From: Alphaproteobacteria bacterium | GTDB taxonomy: Bacteria; Pseudomonadota; Alphaproteobacteria; CALKHQ01 | Assembly: GCA_965227515.1 (NCBI GenBank) | Contig: CBDDFZ010000002.1 | Span: 576,001 to 640,000, forward strand | Length of the DNA stretch: 64,000 bases | Direction of reading: 5' to 3' | In this document: one piece after another, positions 58,756 through 64,000 of the stretch | Position numbering within the stretch: position 1 is the first letter of the stretch | Layout of the letters: every line of letters starts with the position of its first letter | Translations under genes and position numbers: made by a program | The notes under the pieces: generated by a model | Database searches by the model: none | What the model was told of the DNA's origin: nothing | The model's input: only the letters and a program-made list of their open reading frames with translations

Positions 58756-59730
58756 TTATCCGCGCTCTGCAATCCAGGCCGCGACATCCTCGATCACCGG
58801 CGCCCGGTTCAGGTCGCGCAGCAGCAGGTGGAAGCCGTCGGGGTAGTCGTTGAACTGCGGCGCGCAGGCCGGCCCGGTCTCTTCCAGGCACAGCACGATC
58901 CGCGCCTTGGCCGCATCCACCGAGGCTGAGGGCAGCACGTCCTCGTTGTCGCCATAGAGCACCAGCATCGGCACACCGATGGCCGGCAGGTCCTGGTACG
59001 CGCGGTCCATCAGCCCGACGAGGCCGAAGATGGAGTCGGTGCGCGCCTCCTTCAGCACCAGCGGGTCCTCGGCCATTTGCCGCAGCAGCTCGTAATTGTC
59101 CGACGGCGTGATGCCCAGTCCCTCGCTGGTCAGCGGCAGGAACGGCAACAGGCGAGCCATCAGTTCGGTGATCGCGGTCGCCACGCCGCCCAGGATCGGG
59201 CGTCCCCACAGTGCGGGCGCGACCAGCACCAGCCCGTCCGGCAGAGCTTTCGGGTCGGTGGCCTCGGCGGCGGCCGCCACCGCCATCGCCCCGCCCATGC
59301 TCTCGCCCATCAGGATGATCGGCACGCCGGGGTGGGTCTCGCGCGCCAGGGCGACCGCGCGCTGGGCGTCGGCGATCATGGCATCGGTGCCGCCCCAGAC
59401 CCCGACATCGCGGGTGGCGCCGAAGCCGCGCTGGTCGTAGGCGTAGGTCAGGATGCCGTCTTCCACCCAGTCGGTGGCCGGCAGCTCGAAGGAGAAGCTG
59501 TAGTCATTGTAGCCGTGCAGGGCGATGACGACCGCGCTGGGCTCGGGCCATATGTCGGGGTCCGGCTGCCAGCGGCGCATCGGCAGCACCGAGCCGTCCG
59601 GCGTGATCAGCGCGTCCGGCAGCAGGCGCGGGGCGACGATGTCGGGGCCGATCTCCTGCACATACGGGCCGCAGCCGGCGACCAGGGCCGCCAGCGCAAG
59701 GGCGCACGCACGCACGAGGCCGGCGGTCAC
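58756..59730 (-). CDS. Alpha/beta hydrolase lipoprotein (lysophospholipase-like)
   Basis: GTG start overlaps the ABC stop; lipobox VAGC; HG-NDY, YDQRGFG, GESMGG, H-LLRD. Confidence 0.88.
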   Translation of the reverse strand: MTAGLVRACALALAALVAGCGPYVQEIGPDIVAPRLLPDALITPDGSVLPMRRWQPDPDIWPEPSAVVIALHGYNDYSFSFELPATDWVEDGILTYAYDQRGFGATRDVGVWGGTDAMIADAQRAVALARETHPGVPIILMGESMGGAMAVAAAAEATDPKALPDGLVLVAPALWGRPILGGVATAITELMARLLPFLPLTSEGLGITPSDNYELLRQMAEDPLVLKEARTDSIFGLVGLMDRAYQDLPAIGVPMLVLYGDNEDVLPSASVDAAKARIVLCLEETGPACAPQFNDYPDGFHLLLRDLNRAPVIEDVAAWIAERG

Positions 59731-60680
59731 GCCGCGCGGGTGAGCTGCAGGAAAATGTCCTCCAGGTCGGTTTCCTCGGTGCTGATGTCGACCACCTGGA
59801 TGTCGGCGGCGCGCACCGCTTCCAGGATGTCGCTGACCCGGTCGCGGCTGGGTTGATAGCGGATGCACAGTTCTCGGCTGTTCGACAATTGAGCGTTCAG
59901 GTGGGCCAAAGGCTCGGGAATCGTGTCCAAATCACGGTCGACCTGGAGAATCAGCCCCTTGGCATCCAGCCGCTTCAGCAATTGCGGCGTGCGTTCGCAG
60001 GCGATCACCTTGCCATGGTTGATGATGGCGATGGTGTCGCACAGCTCCTCGGCCTCCTCCAGATAATGGGTGGTCAGCACGATGGTGACGCCCTCGCGGT
60101 GCAGGCGGCGCACATAGTCCCAGAGCTGCTGGCGCAGCTCGATGTCGACGCCGGCGGTCGGTTCGTCCAGCACCAGCACCGGCGGGCGGTGCACCATGGC
60201 CTTGGCGACCATCAAACGGCGGCGCATGCCGCCCGACAGGGTGCGGGCGTAAGAGCTGGCCTTGTCGGCGAGCCCGACGGCGGCGAGGATTTCATCGGTG
60301 GCGCGCTCCGCTTTCGGGACGCCATAGAGCCCGGCCTGAACCTCCAGCGCCTCGCGAGGGGTGAAGAACGGGTCGATGTGCAGTTCCTGCGGCACCACGC
60401 CGATGGCGGCGCGCGCCTGGCGCGGGTCGGCATCGATGTCGATGTCCCAGATGGCCCCGGTGCCGGCGGTCTTGCGCACCAGGCCGGCGAAGATGTTGAT
60501 GAAGGTGGACTTGCCGGCGCCGTTCGGGCCCAGCAGGCCGAAGATGGAGCCGCGCGGCACGGCGAGGTCGACATTGTCCAGGGCGTGGACCGGGCCGTTG
60601 CGCTTGGTGCCTTTGTAAATCTTGGTAAGGCCGCGCGCCTCGATGGCGTGCTGGGGCAGGGATGTCGTGATGTCGTTCAT
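59727..60680 (-). CDS. ABC-2 type multidrug ATP-binding protein (YadG-like)
   Basis: [40 protein letters not shown]. Alternative TTG start at 60701. Confidence 0.92.
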   Translation of the reverse strand: MNDITTSLPQHAIEARGLTKIYKGTKRNGPVHALDNVDLAVPRGSIFGLLGPNGAGKSTFINIFAGLVRKTAGTGAIWDIDIDADPRQARAAIGVVPQELHIDPFFTPREALEVQAGLYGVPKAERATDEILAAVGLADKASSYARTLSGGMRRRLMVAKAMVHRPPVLVLDEPTAGVDIELRQQLWDYVRRLHREGVTIVLTTHYLEEAEELCDTIAIINHGKVIACERTPQLLKRLDAKGLILQVDRDLDTIPEPLAHLNAQLSNSRELCIRYQPSRDRVSDILEAVRAADIQVVDISTEETDLEDIFLQLTRAA

Positions 60681-60710
60681 GGCTGCGGTCTGTAGCTCCA
60701 ACGCCGGATG

Positions 60711-60770
60711 CGGTCAATTGGGGCGCGGTCAATTGGGGCGCGGTCAATTGGGGCCCGGTCAATTGGGGCG
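60711..60770. repeat. 15-bp tandem repeat, 4 copies (CGGTCAATTGGGGCG)
   Basis: Units start at 60711, 60726, 60741 (one mismatch) and 60756. Confidence 0.95.
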
Positions 60771-60885
60771 CGCGCGAATCGGTCGGGCCTTGCGGCGGCG
60801 CGCAAGCACCCTATATTCGCCGCTCGTTTCACGCTCGAGGCGCGCCATTGCAGAGTACCCGCGCCACCACATCGCCAAAGGCTCC

Positions 60886-62688
60886 ATGACCGACCAGGCC
60901 CACATCCGCAACTTCGCGATCATCGCCCACATCGATCACGGCAAGTCGACGCTGGCCGACCGCCTGATCGAGACCTGCGGCGGCCTGCAGGCGCGCGAGA
61001 TGAAGGCCCAGGTCCTCGACTCGATGGAGCTGGAGCGCGAGCGCGGCATCACCATCAAGGCGCAGACCGTGCGCCTTTCATACACCGCCAAGGACGGCGA
61101 GACCTACGCCCTGAACCTGATGGACACGCCCGGCCACGTCGACTTCGCCTACGAGGTCAGCCGCTCGCTGGCGGCGTGCGAGGGCTCGCTGCTGGTGGTC
61201 GACGCCAGCCAGGGCGTGGAGGCGCAGACGCTGGCCAACGTCTATCAGGCCATCGACGCCGACCACGAGATCATCATCGTGCTCAACAAGGTCGACCTGC
61301 CGGCGGCCGAGCCGGAGCGGGTGAGGGCGCAGATCGAGGACGTGATCGGCCTCGACGCCAGCGACGCGGTGGAGATTTCCGCCAAGACGGGCGTCGGCAT
61401 CCCGGACCTGCTGGAAGCCATGGTCAAGCGCCTGCCGCCGCCCAAGCCGCCCGCCGGCCAAGCCCTGCGCGCGCTGCTGGTGGATAGCTGGTACGACGCC
61501 TATCTGGGCGTGGTGGCGCTGCTGCGGGTCTTCGACGGCGAGCTGTCGAAGGGCATGAAGGTGCGGATGATGTCGACCGGCGCCACCCACGACGTGGACC
61601 GCGTCGGCATGTTCCGGCCGAAGGGCGAACTGGTCGGCAAATTGGAGCCAGGCGAGATCGGCTTCATCACCGCCTCCATCAAGTCGGTGGCCGACTGCAA
61701 GGTCGGCGACACCATCACGCTGGACAGGGCGCCGGCGGAAAAGCCGCTGGCCGGCTTCAAGCCCTCCGTCCCGGTGGTGTTCTGCGGGCTATTCCCGGTC
61801 GACAGCGCCGACTTCGAGGATTTGCGCGAAAGCCTGGGCAAGCTGGCGCTGAACGACGCCAGCTTCCAGTTCGAACCGGAGACGTCGGCCGCGCTCGGCT
61901 TTGGTTTCCGCTGCGGCTTCCTGGGGCTGCTGCACCTGGAGATCATCCAGGAGCGGCTGGAGCGCGAATTCGACCTGGACCTGATCACCACCGCACCCAG
62001 CGTCGTCTATCGCATCCGCATGACCGACGGCAGCATGCTCGAGATGCACAATCCGGCGGACTTCCCCGACCCGGTGAAGATCGACTCGATCGCGGAGCCC
62101 TGGATCAAGGCGACCATCCTGGTGCCCGACGAGCATCTGGGCGCGGTGCTGGCGCTGTGCACAGAACGGCGCGGCGAGCAGCTCGAGCTGACCTATGTCG
62201 GCAGCCGGGCGATGGCGGTCTACCTGCTGCCGCTGAACGAGGTGGTGTTCGACTTCTATGACCGGTTGAAGTCGGTCAGCCGGGGCTATGCCAGCTTCGA
62301 TTACGAGCTGGTGGACTATCGCGAGGGCGACCTGGTCAAGGTGTCGATCCTGGTCAACCAGGAGCCGGTGGACGCCCTGGCGATCATGGTGCATCGCTCC
62401 GAGGCGGAACGGCGGGGCCGGGCGCTGTGCATGCGCCTGAAGGACCTGATTCCACGCCAGTTGTTCAAGATCGCGATCCAGGCGGCGATCGGCGGCCGGG
62501 TGGTTGCGCGGGAGACGGTGAGTGCGCTGCGCAAGGACGTGACCGCCAAGTGCTACGGCGGCGACGTCACCCGCAAGCGCAAGCTGCTGGAGAAGCAGAA
62601 GGCGGGCAAGAAGCGGATGCGCCAGTTCGGCAATGTGGAGATCCCGCAGTCCGCGTTCATCGCCGCGTTGCGCATGGGCGACGACTGA
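60886..62688 (+). CDS. lepA: Translation elongation factor 4 (LepA)
   Basis: [66 protein letters not shown]. Confidence 0.98.
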   Translation: MTDQAHIRNFAIIAHIDHGKSTLADRLIETCGGLQAREMKAQVLDSMELERERGITIKAQTVRLSYTAKDGETYALNLMDTPGHVDFAYEVSRSLAACEGSLLVVDASQGVEAQTLANVYQAIDADHEIIIVLNKVDLPAAEPERVRAQIEDVIGLDASDAVEISAKTGVGIPDLLEAMVKRLPPPKPPAGQALRALLVDSWYDAYLGVVALLRVFDGELSKGMKVRMMSTGATHDVDRVGMFRPKGELVGKLEPGEIGFITASIKSVADCKVGDTITLDRAPAEKPLAGFKPSVPVVFCGLFPVDSADFEDLRESLGKLALNDASFQFEPETSAALGFGFRCGFLGLLHLEIIQERLEREFDLDLITTAPSVVYRIRMTDGSMLEMHNPADFPDPVKIDSIAEPWIKATILVPDEHLGAVLALCTERRGEQLELTYVGSRAMAVYLLPLNEVVFDFYDRLKSVSRGYASFDYELVDYREGDLVKVSILVNQEPVDALAIMVHRSEAERRGRALCMRLKDLIPRQLFKIAIQAAIGGRVVARETVSALRKDVTAKCYGGDVTRKRKLLEKQKAGKKRMRQFGNVEIPQSAFIAALRMGDD

Positions 62689-62708
62689 GGGCCAACGGCA
62701 TTAATCAT

Positions 62709-62889
62709 TGTCATCCTTGGCCCGAGCCCCCAGCATTCATGCGGGGCGAGGCGCCGAGGATCCATCGTTGGGCCAGTCCCGGACGCATGCCGGCTTTGGG
62801 TGTGGCCCACCTGCCGGCGGTCTGGCGCATCGGACGCGAATGGACCCTCGACGCGTCGCGCCGATACGGCGCGCCGGTCAAGGGTGACA
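62709..62889. repeat. Long palindromic element (TGTCATCCT...AGGGTGACA), related to the family A architecture
   Basis: Terminal inverted repeat plus inner GGATCCATC / ATGGACCC arms and nested hairpins. Confidence 0.55.
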
Positions 62890-62946
62890 AGAGTGTCGAG
62901 AAGGGGGGCTGAGGCAAGCTGTCCGGCTGCTGCCGACTCCACCAAC

Positions 62947-62978
62947 ACAAAAAGCCACCAAGACAAAAAGCCACCAAG
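62947..62978. repeat. 16-bp direct tandem duplication (ACAAAAAGCCACCAAG, 2 copies)
   Basis: Read directly; adjacent to the terminator U-tract. Confidence 0.85.
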
Positions 62979-62979
62979 G

Positions 62980-63015
62980 AAAAACAAGAAAGAGGGGAGC
63001 CGAAGCTCCCCTCTT
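62980..63015 (-). terminator. Rho-independent terminator
   Basis: AAGAGGGGAGC-CGAA-GCTCCCCTCTT hairpin followed by a T-rich tract on the minus strand. Confidence 0.85.
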
Positions 63016-63042
63016 CCTGTTAGGGCCACAGACTGGGACGGC

Positions 63043-63258
63043 TTAGAAGCAGGCGTATTCCCAGTAGGCGTTCCCGTAGGAGTCGTAGCGAACCTGCCAG
63101 TCGCAGTAGAGGTAGGCGACCTCGACGTCCTGACCCGGCAGGACGATCGAGTTGAGGACCGGGTCCATCTCCGGGAGGACGGAGGCGGACGCGGTGGTTG
63201 CGGCGGTGGCGGTCAGCGCGGCCGCCGCGAGCAGGGTAACAAGCTTGGTCATGGTCAT
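63043..63258 (-). CDS. Small secreted protein (71 aa)
   Basis: GGAG RBS, signal peptide ending ASA, aromatic-rich C-terminus with two Cys, own terminator. Confidence 0.75.
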   Translation of the reverse strand: MTMTKLVTLLAAAALTATAATTASASVLPEMDPVLNSIVLPGQDVEVAYLYCDWQVRYDSYGNAYWEYACF

Positions 63259-63427
63259 TCTCCAGTGTGTGGCCCGTTGGGCCGTTGCGGTAACCTGGAG
63301 ATAACCATGCGCATCGCTTGCGGTTGTGAACCACCGCACAGCCCGCACGCATTTCGTGAAACCTATTCCGCGCAGCCGCAAAGCGGAGGCAGCCTCAGGC
63401 TGTCGGCCTTTGCTGCGCTTGCAACGC

Positions 63428-63460
63428 AAAAAGCCCGGAGGCTATCGCCTCCGGGCTTCT
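63428..63460 (-). terminator. Rho-independent terminator
   Basis: AAGCCCGGAGGC-TATC-GCCTCCGGGCTT with TTTTT on the minus strand. Confidence 0.8.
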
Positions 63461-63509
63461 GCATTCGGTATCCTTCGGCGCCGCCGAAGCGTCGCCGTCA
63501 CGCCATGCC

Positions 63510-63671
63510 TTATTCGGACGGCGCGCTCAGGCCCAGCGGCATCGGGCCGTCGTAGGAGGAGTTGCCGATCTGGTCGTCCGACGGGCCCGGAAACGCACCG
63601 GAGTCAGCGCAGCCAGCAACGGTAAGGCCCAGGGCCAACACGGCGGCGGAGAGTTTGAAGATATTCGTCAT
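63510..63671 (-). CDS. Small lipoprotein (53 aa), not in the ORF track
   Basis: Manual translation: MTNIFKLSAAVLALGLTVAGCADSGAFPGPSDDQIGNSSYDGPMPLGLSAPSE*. Lipobox VAGC, purine-rich RBS, downstream terminator. Confidence 0.8.
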   Translation of the reverse strand: MTNIFKLSAAVLALGLTVAGCADSGAFPGPSDDQIGNSSYDGPMPLGLSAPSE

Positions 63672-64000
63672 TTAGTGAACCCCTTCTTCCAGCGTCCCAT
63701 TACGAACTGGTGTCGCGATCGTTGTGCGGTTTGTCGCGTCACGTGCCAGTGGCAGAGTCGCTCCGCGAATGACGGCGAATAATAAGCACCAATCCGGAAT
63801 TCCTGCAACGGCATCAAACGCCTGCGGTCATTTCTGTTGCAAATGCGGCACAGATCGCAAAGCGCCGTTGCAAAAATGCCACAGATCGCCAAATGCCCAA
63901 GAATGGTGCAGGCATCAGCGCGGGCGGCGCAGGCGGCACAACGCCCGCAACAGCAGTCCGATGATGCCGAATCCAACGAACAACCCCAGCAGCACGAACC

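Noticed and set aside
60711-60770. Possible CRISPR array
   Set aside because: Head-to-tail 15-bp units with no spacers and no cas genes.
60622-60885. N-terminal extension of LepA containing GRGQL repeats
   Set aside because: Artefact of an open frame running through the tandem repeat; LepA homology begins at ATG 60886.
63370-63420. Hairpin-rich segment as a possible ncRNA or riboswitch
   Set aside because: No recognisable family motif; GC-rich pairing alone is insufficient evidence.

Overview
High-GC alphaproteobacterial chromosomal window (Rhodospirillales-like by gene content and synteny; taxonomy is inferred). Core blocks at both ends (gluQ, corC-aroB-aroK-xerD-accA, phbB; chvI-chvG, lepA) flank a long accessory stretch. 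Main candidates: (1) a two-gene cassette at 35890-41481 (-) encoding a 1123-aa protein with a long Ser/Thr/Glu-rich amphipathic beta-hairpin reminiscent of beta-pore-forming or translocation toxins, plus a 732-aa Gly/beta-rich partner; (2) an operon at 50529-55865 (-) with a perfect TTAA-N7-TTAA (CtrA-type) box that joins a split transketolase, an SDR and an ATP-grasp ligase to a FlmG-like TPR-glycosyltransferase; (3) a re-partitioned glutamate-synthase-like complex at 28793-34403 with a GltD-like subunit fused to a second, degenerate FMN-barrel domain; (4) three tandem IPNS-family 2OG-Fe(II) dioxygenases divergent from a BMP-type nucleoside/purine ABC importer. Also present: several families of intergenic palindromic repeats, a cold-shock/desaturase cassette and several small secreted orphans. 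I saw no rRNA, tRNA, CRISPR array or transposase. All family calls come from reading motifs by eye; no database search was run.
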